DNA of 64,000 bases from assembly GCF_018977255.1 (NCBI RefSeq), contig NW_024704742.1, forward strand, positions 105,526,001-105,590,000. Reading direction: 5' to 3'. The position numbers and the translations under genes are program-made. The stretch comes from Callorhinchus milii. Lineage: Eukaryota. Below, piece by piece: positions 27,144 to 40,690 of the stretch (positions are counted from its first letter, which is position 1; every line of letters begins with the position of its first letter). The notes under the pieces were generated by a model. The model was not told where the DNA came from. It made no database searches and saw nothing but the letters and a program-made list of their open reading frames with translations.

Positions 27144-29514
27144 AAATAACTAAAGGTGATATCTATAAGTAGTTTAACTTTTTGGGAATGAAACAGTTCT
27201 CTGGGTGTTGAAGCCTCAGAGGGTCACCCTTATTTTCTTTAAGAATGATCCTGATGCTCCAAAGCCTTAGAAAGGTATAGCACAGGAGGAGGCCATTCAG
27301 CCATTGTGCCTGCGTTGGCTTTCTGACGGAGCTAATTGTTTATTCTCATTCTCCAGCCCTCTTCCCCACACCCTTTTCTATTTTTCCTTTTCAGTTATTT
27401 ATCTAATTGCCTCTTAAATGCTAATATGGGTTCTGCCTAAACCAATGTACAGCATTGCACATCCCAACACCCTCTTGTGTACGTATAAAAAAAAGTATCC
27501 TAACCTCTCCCTTTGTTCTTTTTGTAATTATCGTAAACATGTGCCTTATAGTTATATTGGTTGTGTATCCTGACTTAAAAAGCATATGGCTGAAAATATT
27601 TTTTTGAATCCATTTATTATTCCTGTCGTTTTAACCATTTTTTAGGGCTACATTGGAGACTGGTTTGCGAGAGGTGTAAGTTGATTAATAACCAGCAAAT
27701 CCTGCAGATACCCAATATACCAGAAACTGAATCTCCGGAACTCCTTCTTGACACCAATTTCAGTTCTGATTTCCAGGAAGGTGGATTATTAGTTACCTTA
27801 CATTTGGATGTCTCACACATGAACAAACCCTTCACCGTGCTTGAGAGTATTCCAAACCAGCCTGAGAATTCCCCATACGTATGCCACATACACGTGGAAA
27901 TTCCCTATTTGTGGAATGGAATTTGCACTCTCTCCATGTGTGTCATTGCAATGAATAACTGGAAAATATTTATTAATGACCACAATGAAAATAAAAAAAG
28001 CAATCACAAGCATGGCATAAATATTCTTAAACCAGAAAGCTAAGTGTAAAATAAATACTATAGAAATGGACTCAGTTGGAAAAAAGCTATGGTGAAACCA
28101 CACTACGAGTAGTCCAAAACTAATTTTTCTGTTATCACCAGGAATAATTGGGACGTCTTCCCGACTTAAAAGGCGCTATACAAATGTAATTTTGTATTGT
28201 AATCAATGGCTAAGCCGCTTTAGGAATACTGTTATTTGTGACCCCACTGAGCTAACAGTGAAGTGGGTAAGGGACGTGTTTTAGAGTGAATGTGGTGCAG
28301 GTAGTGAGTCGATTTTGAGTTTAAATATTCTCAACTCTTTGTAAAAACTGAACCTAAAACTATGTGACTCTTGGGCAGAAAGTCCACCTGAGTCTAGATT
28401 TCTTCAAAGAACGAATGGAGAAAAGTCTTCAAAATAAAGGCTGTGTTTCAGAATTTGCCATATTCTAAATATTGAAATGCTACATTAATAGAGTAAATCT
28501 GGACCCAGGTGGAATTCCTCCCCATCTGTAGGTACTGTGTCGAAGGCGATGCAGACAATAGCCTGTTCCCTACAAGTGCATTTGTATTTGGAGATTTCAG
28601 TGATATATTTTCCTTTCTCTACACATTGAAGGTTGTACTGGTTGTATCAAGAGGGGAACAGTGCACGGTTGAGTTTTAAGTTATATTACAATCACTACCA
28701 TAAAAAATATGAAGGAACAATTCGAAAGAATAGAGAATATTAAGTTGCTTGAGGGCCTTGTTTCCTCCTCACGATGTATGTGCATCCAAACTATCAGTGC
28801 TCCGTGATAGGGAGAGGGAAGAGGCCATTGCAGGAACAAATTGAACAATCAATGAAGCATCTCAGGGAAATAGTATTGTAAATTTGATCGAAATGAGATA
28901 TCATATGGCGAAATCTAAAAATGTTGCAGTGTGCTACTGTCAGAAGTCCAAAATCTATTCCCAATACCACAGACAATTCCAAACTGGCCTTGACAGAAAC
29001 AAACCCGAGGAAACATCATAGTTATGGAAAACAGCCTGTCACTTACAAATCAGGAATTGCAAATTGATTCAATGAGTATAACTAGTGAGGTGACCTCAAC
29101 ATACAAATCATCTGTGATAAAATCTCCATTCCCTTCACCTGCACAGACATCTGCAACATTCTCCTCTTGCTGAATAAACAAGAGGCAGTAAAACAGACCT
29201 GTCTCACTTAACCTCTCTGAATGGCCACTTCCATCTACAGGGTTTCCACAAAGTTCTGTTAGCCCCATGTTTTTTTCCTACAGTGCACTTACCAACAACT
29301 GAAACGTGAAAGAATGCTGCTTATTGTATTCAGAAATACTTAATTGTATTCAACTGTATTCGAATGTTTAACTGTATTTAGATGTCCAGAGAATCATTGC
29401 GAGCGCCATCATTTTAATAGCAGATAATGATCTGTCGCCATATTTGGTGCGACACTGATGTACCATGGATGGAATGATGAGTGACGAGGTAAAATGCTCT
29501 CATTTCATATTTCA

Positions 29515-29793
29515 TAAATGGGTTTGATTCCTGGGTGGGTCAGGGCGAAACCTGAGTCAAGTTTCCTTACTCCACACACATGCCTCTGTTTACCTAGCAG
29601 TAAATAGAACCCAGTTGTAAGCCGATTGGCGGATCCGTTTTCCGGGTGTGGGTCACTGCTGTGCACAATTGGCTGCTGCGTTTCGCCCATGAAACACACA
29701 GTCAATATACCTTACAGTATAGTCTGTGAAGTGCTTTGAGACGTCTGGAAGACGTGACGAGGCACTATATCAAATGCAAGGATTATTATTATT
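29515..29793 (+). mobile_element. SINE family A-related copy (long form, deleted downstream of the central segment)
   Basis: cagggcgaaacc...gtttccttactccacacacatgcctctgtttacctagcagtaaatag...gattggcggat, followed by the shared 3' region and tail. Confidence 0.8.
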
Positions 29794-30244
29794 ATCTTAG
29801 CTTGTTTCAGCTTCTCCATAGGCTTATATCGCTGTTTTGCAACGGAGGTAAAAGGACTTTGAACATCCTGTAGATTGCATTTCTAGCTGACCTCTTCTTG
29901 AAATGCAGAATATAACCCAGGCTACTGAAGGATAACAAATCCTAAAATATCATTGTAAAGACTCTGCACCTCCAATTGACTATCTTTGAAACAAAAAGTC
30001 AAAAAAAATTCAACAAATGTAAGTGAAATGTTAACTGGCTTGAAGTCAGCAAAACTCCTGCTGGAATACAGCTCTGCAAGGCTACCAATTCTATCAATGA
30101 AAATCTGCCAGTTTGACTGACAGCAGAATATTTAACATGGGCCATCGCTGATCAAACGCTCAACTAGTAATTCATGGTGTCTGTAAAATTCCATTCTTAG
30201 ATTCCTCATACGATAATATTTGGGGAATGACTGAATTCTGCAGT

Positions 30245-30595
30245 ATCATAGAATTATACAGCACAGAAGGAGGCCATTCGGCCCATCGTGTCTGTACCGG
30301 CTCTTTTAAAAAACCTATCCAGTTCAATCCCACTCCTCCGCTCTCTCCCCATAGCCCTGCAAACTTGTCCTCCCCAAATAATTATCTACTTCTTCCTTAA
30401 AAGCTGTTATCGAATCGGCTTCCACCACCCTTTCAGGCAATGCATTCCCGATCTGAACAACTCGCTGTGTGAAAAAACTTCTCCTCACCTCCCCTCTGTT
30501 TCTGTTAACAACTATTTTAAATCAGTGTCCTTGGATTACCGACCCACCCGCCAGTGGAAATAGTTTTTCCTTGTTCACCCTATCGAATCTCCACA
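30245..30595 (-). mobile_element. CR1-clade LINE 3' fragment (second family, HER1-like tail)
   Basis: Minus strand translates FFTQRVVQIGNALPERVVEADSITAFKEEVDNYL. The tail appears on + as atcatagaa...gcacagaaggaggccattcggcccatc. Related relics lie at about 27275-27540 and 44845-45000. Confidence 0.85.
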
Positions 30596-30605
30596 TAGTA
30601 AGAAA

Positions 30606-30969
30606 TTAATAATAATATTCTTTGCATTTGATACAGTATCTTATCACATCAGAACATCGCAAAGTGCTTAATAGACAGTGTATTTTATAGCCAAACAGGT
30701 CAGCCAATTTGCGCACAGCAATGACCCACAAATGTATTAAATGGGAGTGAATGACCAAATTTATGTGGGGGATTGTTGACCAGGCCATTGGGAGAAATTC
30801 CCTTCTCTTTTTGGATAATGCCATGGGATCGCTACCATCCACCTGAACAGACACTTATGGAAATGCAGTGCTCCCCCTCTTGCTGCATTTGAGCATCAAA
30901 TTCCCGACACGGAACTTAAACCCACAGCCTTTGTCTCAGAGTGAGACTGTCAACTGAGCCAAGCTGACA
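30606..30969 (-). mobile_element. Deu-domain SINE family B
   Basis: Plus strand shows the tail, cccttctctttttggataatgccatgggatc...cacctgaacagac and the head caactgagccaagctgaca. Confidence 0.8.
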
Positions 30970-31189
30970 AACAGCAAACATTCCCAGTCTGTTTGAACTA
31001 TGCATTTTGTTGAACTGCTGCTTGCAGCTTTGCATTATTTAATTGTCAGGGGAGAAGTCACTGCCTCTCTTCCACACACAGGTCAGGGGTAGGATGGCTT
31101 GATTGGTCTAGAGTTGAAATAGGGAATTTCAGGATAGAAACCAGAAAGTATTTCTTCACCCATTAACAATTGGAACAGATTACCAGGAA

Positions 31190-31530
31190 AAGTGTCTACC
31201 CCCAACCTATTTTGTTCCAATGAAAATAGGCCCAGTATCTCTTGTCTCTGCTTATATAAACCTCTCATCACCTTTGTAAATCTCCATTGCATTCTCTCCA
31301 TTGACCCTGTTCTCCTTCCTAAAGTGGGGTGACCAAAAAACTGGATATAATACACTAACTGCAGTCTACTTAACAATATAGGCAGGTTAAGCATCACCAG
31401 TTTCGTTTTTTTATTCTCTATTTATAAAATCTAGGATCCCTTTAACTTCCTTCACAACTTTGTCCACCTTCCTTCCCATTTCTAGATTTATGTATGTTAA
31501 CCCCTAGGTCTCTCTGCTCTTCCTTTTAAA
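31190..31530 (-). mobile_element. Old CR1 LINE fragment
   Basis: Minus-strand ORF contains decayed CR1-like peptide (LVYYIQFF...ERMQWRFTKVMRGL...LGLFSLEQNRL). Confidence 0.65.
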
Positions 31531-31884
31531 ATGGGAAAATAGGTAAATCCATTTAATCTTCCTGCTGTTGTGCTAATGAAAACGTCAAAGACTTGTGGCT
31601 TGTCAACACTACAATGGTTTCTTTTCTGTTCACAACCTCACATTTTCTGAAATGTCCTTCAGTCCAGTGAGAGTTTTGGAGAACAGCTGCAGAGAATATT
31701 GCAGCACACTGATGTTATCCATTGCAGAAAACCATATGTGAACGAGAATCAATCTCTCCATGCAGTGAGAAAAATTCAGTATTTACAAACTGAATTTATC
31801 AACAAATCAGCATCAGACTTTTTCAGAGAACAGAACATAGTAACAGGCGTAGGCCACACAGTCTGATAAGCATGTTCCTATGGC

Positions 31885-32193
31885 AGATCAGCCTGTGGCC
31901 CGCACTTCGCGCCCACCTTTGGTGGTCGAGCATTCAGCATCTCTGACCCCATGCTCTCTATCCCGCAATCCCTCTACCTCACTCCCTCTCTTGCCTCCTT
32001 CAAGTCCCGCCTGAAGACTTTCCTCTTCGACCATGCCTTCAGCCACCTTCCCACCCCCATCCCACCCTTCCTGCCCTCCAACCATCCTGACACCAACTCC
32101 CAGCTTGAGTCCAAAAGCCTCAGGCTGTCTAGCTTCCTGGGACGACCTTCTGATGTGAAGGGCATTATAACAAGTGTATTTTGTTGTTGTTGT
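31885..32193 (+). mobile_element. L2 LINE 3' fragment
   Basis: SIPQSLYLTPSLASFKSRLKTFLFDHAF (ORF 31951) and tail ending ttttgttgttgttgttg. Confidence 0.85.
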
Positions 32194-33799
32194 TGCATCC
32201 ATGCCCTCCTGGAGCAGTGCATTCCGTAATCTCACAACCCTCTGTGATTCACTTTTCATGGCCTCAGTTCTAGTAACAACTTTCTTATGGTAGAAATATA
32301 CTTTGGCTTGATTCACAAAATAATGCTCCAAGACTGTGTAGATGACACAATTCTGATCCGCTGTCAGCATCGAATCACTAAGTCTTACTATGAATATCGA
32401 ATTGGAGAACTTCATTCTCTCTTTCTTGTCAAGATGTGACTTGAGATCATAGCCAAGATCCAACAAAGAGGGGACACATTAAGTGCAAAAATAGCCATTC
32501 ACAATTGGCAGTATCTGATGTGTGATGAGCAAGATTCATCAACTAAGACACTTGGAGTACATCGTGCTGATCTCCACTGATACAATCTACTTCTGGAACA
32601 GAGTTCCCACAGGCCAGCATGACGATTACTGGCAAGGAGTCTCCACTCAATTTTCTAATCGTGTTTGAAGCAAATAGCATCAATATTTTTAATCAAAAAC
32701 TTGCTGTGTACACGAGGGAGAAGTGAATAGAGGGGCACAGGATCGGGGTATAGTAGGATTAGGGGCTCGTGTGGAGTATAATTGTGGGACTGGTTGGGCT
32801 CGATGGCTTGTTTCATGCTATATCAACAACAACAAATTACATTTGTATAGTGCCTTTCAGGAGGATGTGCCAAGACGCTGAAATCATACAAATTCACTCT
32901 GTAACTCTATGTTATCCCATTAGAAATTGCCGCATATTAAATCACAATATATTCAGAATCAGCAGGGCCGGTGAGCTGTGCATTCTTCCGCTCTGTTGGG
33001 TTATGTACTCTTACTGATGGCCTTTACACTTACACTGCACAGGAATTGTCTTCCGCTGTGCTTTTCCTTCAGTGTTGTCATAGAATCAATCAAACTGAGG
33101 AAGATAAACTAGAGAGAAGCTAAGTACCCCCTCAGTGAAGCTGATTTGCTTGCTGCCTAAAAGAACATTGACCATATGTCTCTACCAACAGCAGAACTTT
33201 CCCAGCCTGAAATGCTGAGCAACAAACTGAGCTTTTATGGTAATATCCAAATTCTTCACAACAAAAACTCTTTAACCTACATGAAACGACCATTCAGTTT
33301 GACGGACTAGTTTTGTTCCCTTTCAAGTGGAATCTTCCGCCTGACCCTCCTATGTCTGCAAGGCTTCCCCTGTTAGGAACTCATTTGTCTTCACCCTGAG
33401 CTACATATGAAACAAATTCCCACGACTCGGCTGTGTAAAAGGGCCTCAGAAATGGAGTTTGGGGCATCCACAGTCCAACCACCAGGCTGCCATCATCATT
33501 GTGCAAGCTACTGCATATTCAGGTACTCATCAAGTGCAGCTTTCATCTTCCAACTAGAAAGTAGATACTTTCTCAGATAACTCTAGGATCTATTATGTGC
33601 TATGTACAAATACATGTGTATCATTACTCTTTTCATTGGTTGTTAATTACACTGTTAAAAGCACAAATAATCCCCTCTGTACAATACAATACAAAATTAC
33701 ATTTCTTTACATTTTACGTCGGGAAGACGTTACAAGGCACTGGACCGCAGGGATTTGGACCTGAGCAGTACACATACTGTACATATTCCTCGCTGACTT

Positions 33800-34113
33800 C
33801 CTCTCTCCTCAAAACAGTGCCATTGCCTTCGTTCCTCCAGGTCTGGCCTCCTCCTTCTCTCCCGAGTCCTCCGCTCCACCCTCGGCGGCCATGCCTTCAG
33901 CCACTATGCCCCGAGGCTCTGGAACTGCCTTCCTCACTCCCTTTGTCTCGCTCCCTTCCTTCTTATTTTCAGGTCTCTACTGAAGACCTTTCTTTTTGAC
34001 CACGCCTTTGGTCACCTTCCTCCTCTCCCCCTGGCTCCGTCCTGGGATCCGTTACTGTGAAGCACTCTGAGATACCGTCCGGCGTGGAGGGCGCTATATA
34101 AATCCAAGTTGTT
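33800..34113 (+). mobile_element. L2 LINE 3' fragment
   Basis: ggccatgccttcagccactatgccccgaggctctggaac...gaagacctttctttttgaccacgcc...ggcgctatataaatccaagttgtt. Confidence 0.8.
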
Positions 34114-36484
34114 ATATACATTCACACATAGTTTGCATAATTTGCATAATACACACAATTTCAGATAATTTGCTTATAGCGCACAATAGATCCCCAATGC
34201 CCCATCTTTGGGTGTAGGTAAGAGTAGCTTTCAGCTCCTAAAAGTCATGTTGCCAATGTACCTTCCTTGTGTCTTTGTACAGTATTGAACACCCAATTAA
34301 TACACCAGTTTGAATCCCAAACTGGGGCTGGTTGGAGGCATTCACTCACTCACTTGGAGTGAGTTTTAAATGTTGATCAATTAATTGGAGGGAGAACTTA
34401 ACACAGTGAGGGCAGCTGAAGTGCCTCATTAATCAAACCCATTGAAATATCTATAGGCGAATCAAGGAGGATAGAGTATATACAAAAGGAGATGTGGGGG
34501 GAAAGCATGGTATTATGAATGTCTGTATGCCTCTTTGTACAATTCATGGTGAATTCCATTGTGGAAACTGGATGGATAACTCAACATAATTTTACATTCT
34601 CAGTCGGTGAGGTTAAGAAAGGACATATCAAAGCTATTCATAATTGTGATCTTTTAAAACCTGTCACATTAAAATTGAATCTATCTTAAAATGGTCTGAT
34701 CTGAGTAGATAATATGAGCACAAAATGGGTGCTATATAAATGCAAGTTGTTTGTGGTGGTGGCGTTTAGTAGAGATTGACATTTCCTTTTTCAGCACTCA
34801 GGAAGAAATAGAGTCTTGTTTTTTATATAACTTTAGTAAATATTGCAAAATGTCCAAAATAATACAGTATGTGTGACGGTCATTTAGATGCACCTTATAA
34901 AGTTGGGAACAGCATTTGTTTCATTCACTTAAGTTGGTGGTTTTAACCTACTTTGAAGTCCTTCTCCAGGCACCATAAGCCTAATTTGCATTTAAGAACT
35001 CTACGTCACACAGTGTGTCCTTATGATGCAAAATACTAGAACTTGGTGTTCCTATTGATGTTGAGGTTTTCAGTCCATGAAATACTATGAAGCATTTAAT
35101 CCCTAAAAAGTCATAATACATAGTGAGACATGTGAATGCCATTGAAAAAGAGCTCAATTGAAACATGGCAGCATAAAGATGCTTTCACTCGACACAGCAC
35201 TTTGGGACGTTTAGTGTGTCACCTGTAGGGAAACCTTTGTAGGTCAAGCAGACCACGAGACCCTAGCTTCGGGGTGTCCTCAGGTGGAAGCTGAGGCTCA
35301 CTTGATATGCAGAGCTTTGGTGCAATAGGACCACTTTACCTGTGAGGCACATTATCGGGCGTGAGGCGCCATTTATGATGCAGTTTATACTGCAATTTCT
35401 CTTTTGAGTGTTTTTTAAAGGACTGAAGTCCTTTTCTGATTTTGTGGTAGAGTGTATCAGAAGAGGTGAAAAGCTCTGAAGTGTGGTGACAAAAGCAGAT
35501 AGACTTTATAGGTTTTCTACTATCCTAATAAAATGGCCACTGACCCTGAAAATTGTTGAATTTTTGTTTGTGGTAAATCACAGAATGGTTTCATCGTGAT
35601 TGTTCAACAGGGCGTTTATTTCACAAATTTTCTTCCCTTCGTCACCGTCCAACCGCTGATGGTGAAAAGGCAGTTTGGGGGTCATGAAGCAAGCAGGTGC
35701 CTGCTGAGCGGAAGGAGCGTGTGGGTTTGTAGGTTTAACCGAGAAGGTCGCAGAGGTAGGGTGAGGAAGACTGTGAAGGGATTTGAAAGTGAGCACGGGG
35801 ATCTACCATTCATTTTGGAAGGCTGCTTTTCCTTAACTGTTTTTAAAGGTTGGTTTTACAGCCCATCAACAGGCTAAGCACTGAATGATGACATTATCTC
35901 ATGATACATATTAAAGGATTAATTCTTGATTGAAAATTATATCGGCATAGGAAGAGTAAAACTCAGTGGAAGCTCCAACAGAGAGTTGTGCCCCATCGGG
36001 TTGACTTCTCTGCGGCACTTCAAGGGTTAAGCTACGAGGACAAACCTGCTCACGCAAATAATACCCAGCGGGGGAAATTTGATTGTGCTGAATTGTAATT
36101 TTTTTTAAAAGCGGGGCTATTTTGCCCAAAGAATATTACATTGGGGGAAGTACTATAACTTGCGATGTGAAGTGTTGTCTCCATCAATGTCATTGAAAAT
36201 CTCCCACTCAGTTGGAAACATCTGCCTTTTAATCCCCTCCCTGAAGCCTCCTAGAAACCTGAGATTTTGCATCTGAGACCTGAAGAGAGTTGCTTATCAG
36301 CCCTGGATGCTAATTCAGAGCCGTCACTCGGTCTGACATTCAGTACCTGCCACATTGAAGGCAAAATGGATAGAAGCACCTACATTCACACAGGCATGTC
36401 TTGGCACATCACTGTGGGAAACCTTGCTCACAGTGTTTGTCAATGCTGAAGAAAACTGATATTTTACATGTTTCAGGAGAAAAT

Positions 36485-36611
36485 GGGGCTTATTCTGTCC
36501 TTTTCAACTTTTCGATGTGAGTTTATAATGGAATATCCCATTATGGGAAATCCTATTATAAGCGTACATTGAAAGATTCGCTACACTCAGTGAACGGAAC
36601 AGAATAACCCC
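36485..36611. repeat. ~127-bp imperfect palindrome (MITE-like hairpin)
   Basis: Outer ggggcttattctgtcc pairs with ggaacagaataacccc. Inner tttcgatgtgagtttataatggaatatcccat pairs with atgggaaatcctattataagcgtacattgaaa. Confidence 0.8.
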
Positions 36612-37014
36612 AATCCTGTGACAAGCTGAAGGGAGGGGAGAGTGCTAACAGAAGAGAACTGTGAGACCAAATCAGACTGACAATGTTTTAGTGTAATCGT
36701 GGAAGGGCACTAAGGTTTGATTTTTGTGCACTCGAAAGCGCACAAGTGCTCTGCCTTACTGCTCCCTTAACTCCCCCATCGCAGTAAAAGGAGAGACAGT
36801 ATGGGGTAATCGAATTGAAAACCTGAGACAGAAACCGTGAATAACCTGTAAATGCCAAACAGGAAACTTTTATTAAATGCAGTCAATGTCCTCTGGGGAG
36901 AAGAGTCTTAAATGCTCCCGGATTACACTGTACAGTTTGTCTTGAATAGTTCAATAAATACACCCTGAGGAGTTTTTGTACTATTTTTTAACCTTTCAGC
37001 TACTATTAATATTT

Positions 37015-37180
37015 TTAAAACATAAACATAAGTCACTGGGAACACTCAGCAGATCAGGCAGCATCTATGGAAAAAGGAAAGTAAGTCAACGTTTCGGGTC
37101 CACAACCCTATCAGAACAGTTCTGACGAGGGGTCGTTTTTGTTTTCATATTTCCAGCATTTGCAGTATTTTGTGTTTGTT
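37015..37180. mobile_element. Penelope-type terminal relic, head-to-head (palindromic) arrangement
   Basis: actcagcagatcaggcagcatctatgg...aacgtttcgggtc...atcagaacagttctgacgaggggtc...atttccagcatttgcagtatttt resembles a common chondrichthyan repeat as I recall it. A second relic lies at 62925-63050. Confidence 0.6.
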
Positions 37181-38732
37181 TATATATTAATATTTTTAAA
37201 TTTGGTCCATTTATTGTTATATCTAATAAGGAACAAATTGCAATTTATAGCACCGCATCACGTCAAAATATCTCAAAGGTTGGGACGTCCTCCCTACGTG
37301 AAAGCCTCTATACAAATGTAATTTTGTTGTTGTAATTGCAGGAACTAGAAAGTTGCTACAAACAAGCATGAGGGCGAATGACCAATTAATCTGGAAGGTT
37401 GTTGGCCCAAATATCGTATAATATCTTTAATATCTTTAATATTCACCTGCAGATCTCAATTTAATGCTTCATCCAAAATAAGGCACCTCAGACATTCAGT
37501 TTAGAGATTCAGTCTAGATTTGACATTGAGCTTTGAACCTGCAACCTTCTGAGAGTGATTCTCACTGAGCCAAGTAACATTATGAATAGCGCAATACCAA
37601 ATACAAGAATTATTATTATTATCCTCACTGACTTTCATGGTTCAGATACCTTATGTTAAATGCTTTTCTTATGACATTGGTGCATCACTGGGCGCATGCT
37701 ACATATTGCTGGATGGAAGAGATTTAGACAGAATATCCTGAAGGTACAATATTCCAGACATGAATACACACAAAGGAATGCTTGAAAAATGAGCCAGGAA
37801 TAGTTTCCCTTTCTCTTGCACACACAGACAATAATTTTAAAACATTTTCATTTCACATGCAGTGTCATCAAATGTCTCATTTAAGATTTTTTTTCCCCAA
37901 ATATCCTGATGTCACTGCTTTAACTGTGCATTTAGAATGACGAAAACAAGTGCTTTCCTGTGGGACTTTGGGAATTATTGCACAGGGGATACTAGCTCAG
38001 CCATGAAGGTATTTGATATTGATTATTACTTATAATCTCCAATGGTTTAGTTTGAAATTAGTTTTTTTTAATTTGGAAGTAATTTCATTTTCCACATTCC
38101 ATAGTCTCAATGCACTCTGCCACTCTGCTCTGGCATAGCTTGATCTCAAGGTCAACCTCTAAGCTTTAAGGCACACAGCAACCCAGTAAAAACTTTGCTT
38201 TCAATTCCTCCTATGGTCTCGGTCCCGTGAGTGTGATCACGCTTATCTTCCATTACAGATGCAAAGTTAGAGCTTTAAAAATCCTGTATGAGATGTGATC
38301 ATTTTCACTGGTAATAATGATCACATACTGTATTTTTCATATACATAGAAGTGTGTGTATGAGAGAGAGAGAGAAAATATATGTATATAAAGTTGCCTCT
38401 CCCTTCAGAGTCAGGCCTAGTGTCCTCGAGTGTGATTCACACGTCTCTCAGTTACACCTCCGTTTATACCATTAAGCATCTAATTTACATACATGTTGAA
38501 CTTAATGTCTAGTGCTGCCAGGCACGTGCTGCTAAGAGAACTGTTATCCAATTGTTATTACACAGGTTTGCCTGTAGCACAATTCAGGTATGGAGCCCAA
38601 CATTTACTGACCAAATAATCCAAGATACGGCAGAAAGGTAGTTGGCTCACTTCAACCCGTCAGCTGATTCCTCACTTGCGAAAGAATGGTGGTGATCCAG
38701 GTCAATTCCCTGATACCACATGCTAGCTGCAC

Positions 38733-38767
<35 letters not shown>

Positions 38768-39068
38768 CCTTGCATTTGATATAGCGCTTTTCACGTCGGG
38801 AGGACGTCCCAAAGCGCTTCACAGAACACACTGTAAAGTGAATTGACTGTATATTTGTGGGCGAACGCGGCAGCCAATTGCGCACAGCAATGTCCCACAA
38901 ACAGTCATAGATTAAAAATGACCAATTTATTATTGTTTTTGGTTTTGGAGGGATTATTATTAGCCGTGTGGAGTAAGGAAACTTGCCCAAGGTTTCGCCC
39001 TGCCTGGAATTGAACTCAGGTCTCTCATTTACAAAGCGAGTGCTCTAACCACTGAGCTACAGGACTCC
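38733..39068 (-). mobile_element. SINE family A, short form, full length, with long (TAT)n tail
   Basis: Near-identical to 5163-5480. Confidence 0.92.
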
Positions 39069-39117
39069 TGCGTAGGAAGTGATGTCAGTGATCCTGATAT
39101 CTGCTATTTTCAAGTGG

Positions 39118-39520
39118 GAAGCCAAGTTGGTAAACTCTAAGCTCATGTACTCTTGGTTGACACTCCAACGCTGTGCTGGGGGGAGTGTTCTATTGTTGGA
39201 GGTACCACCCCCTGGATGCAACATTAAACTGAGGACCCCAGCTACCTGTTTAGGTAGGGTAGACATTGAAGATCCCATTGGACTATTCAAAAAGAGAAGG
39301 GAGTTTCTCACAATGTTCTGGGCAACAACCGCCACCCCCCAAATAAAATTGGTCACTCACTCCATGGCTGCTTGTGGGAGATTGCTGCGGGTGAATTGGT
39401 TGTCACATTCGCCATCAAACTACACAGTCACTAGACTTTCCAGTAACTTCTGTTAAGTCTTACAGATGTGAAGGGCACAATATCAAATGCAAGGTTTATT
39501 ATTATTATCATTATTATTAT
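39118..39520 (+). mobile_element. Deu-domain SINE family B
   Basis: gaagatcccattggactattcaaaaagagaagggagtttctc core with the shared 3' region and (TAT)n tail. Confidence 0.75.
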
Positions 39521-40294
39521 AATCATATCCTGTTGTAATGCTGGTTGGGATTGTATGACCAGCATCTACAGAGTTATAATACTGCACTTGTAATATGATA
39601 TATTATTTGCATGAAACTTCAGAGACACAAAGAGCAGGAAGGATTTCAGGAATAGCCCCTCCCCCCACACTTGTTTTGTCTTTAACTGTAATTGCAAAGC
39701 ATACCATGCCATTTGAAAATGACCTCAGACTGTGCGGCTAGATTGCATGTGGCAATGCTGCTGAATATTTTGTTAGTGTGGAACAAAAGCATGGAATTGC
39801 AGAGAATTAGGATGCAGACTGTCAGGTAAAACAGAATCGACATGTAATTACTTAGGGTCGAGGGGTTACCAATATGCAAACTGCATTATCTTGTTCTAGT
39901 TAGTGAGCCAATATTTGGATGTAAAAACAATAAAGATCAGTATTTCTTGTGCATTAAGATGAGAATCTGTGTGAAATACAACCGCGGTGCACTGCTTTGG
40001 CAGGGCCTGTCAATCAGAGCCGCAGGAATACATTAAAAGATTAAAATCACTTTTTGATTTGCCTCCCACTTCAGATGGAGCTGTTTTGACAAGGGTGTAC
40101 CAGCCAAATGAGAATTGCTATTTTTAGAAATATACACGGTATTTTTTAAATCCTGGAGTCCTGTAGCAACAACAACAACTTGCACATATATGGCGCCCTC
40201 CATGCAGGGTAACGTCTCAGGGCGCTTAACAGTGCCGGAGCCTGACTGTAACATATTGGTTGTAATGACTGTAGCATATTGGTTAGAGCACTCA

Positions 40295-40690
40295 CCTCTT
40301 ACAGAACGGATTGATTTCAAGATCCTCACATTCGTTTTCAAATCCCTTCATGCTCTGGCATCTCCCTACCTCTCCGAACTGCTTACTCCCCAACCCACTG
40401 CCTCTGCTCGACTGGCTCCGGCCTCCTGTATGTCCCTTGTGCCCTCTGTTCCACCATCAGTGGCCGCACTTTCAGCCGCTATGTCCCGAAACTCTGGAAC
40501 GCTCTTCCTCTATCCCTCCGCTTTGCCCCTTCCTTCCCCATCTTCAGATCACGCCTGAAAACCTTCCTGTTTGACTGTGCCTACGATCACCTCCCCTTCC
40601 CCCCGACTCGGCATCGTGCTCTTCCAGTGCAGGCGCTTGAGGACACTACCCTGAGTGAGGGGTATTATTATAAACGCAAGTTGTTGTTGT
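40295..40690 (+). mobile_element. L2 LINE 3' fragment
   Basis: ERIDFKILTFVFKSLHALASPYLSELL peptide; tail tataaacgcaagttgttgttgt. Confidence 0.85.

Noticed and set aside
31888..32466. Longest ORF (192 aa, minus strand)
   Set aside because: Largely antisense to an L2 fragment plus a CR1 scrap, with no recognisable domain or splice support.
32440..32520. Possible LF-SINE fragment (cattcacaattggca)
   Set aside because: The similarity is too short to support from memory.
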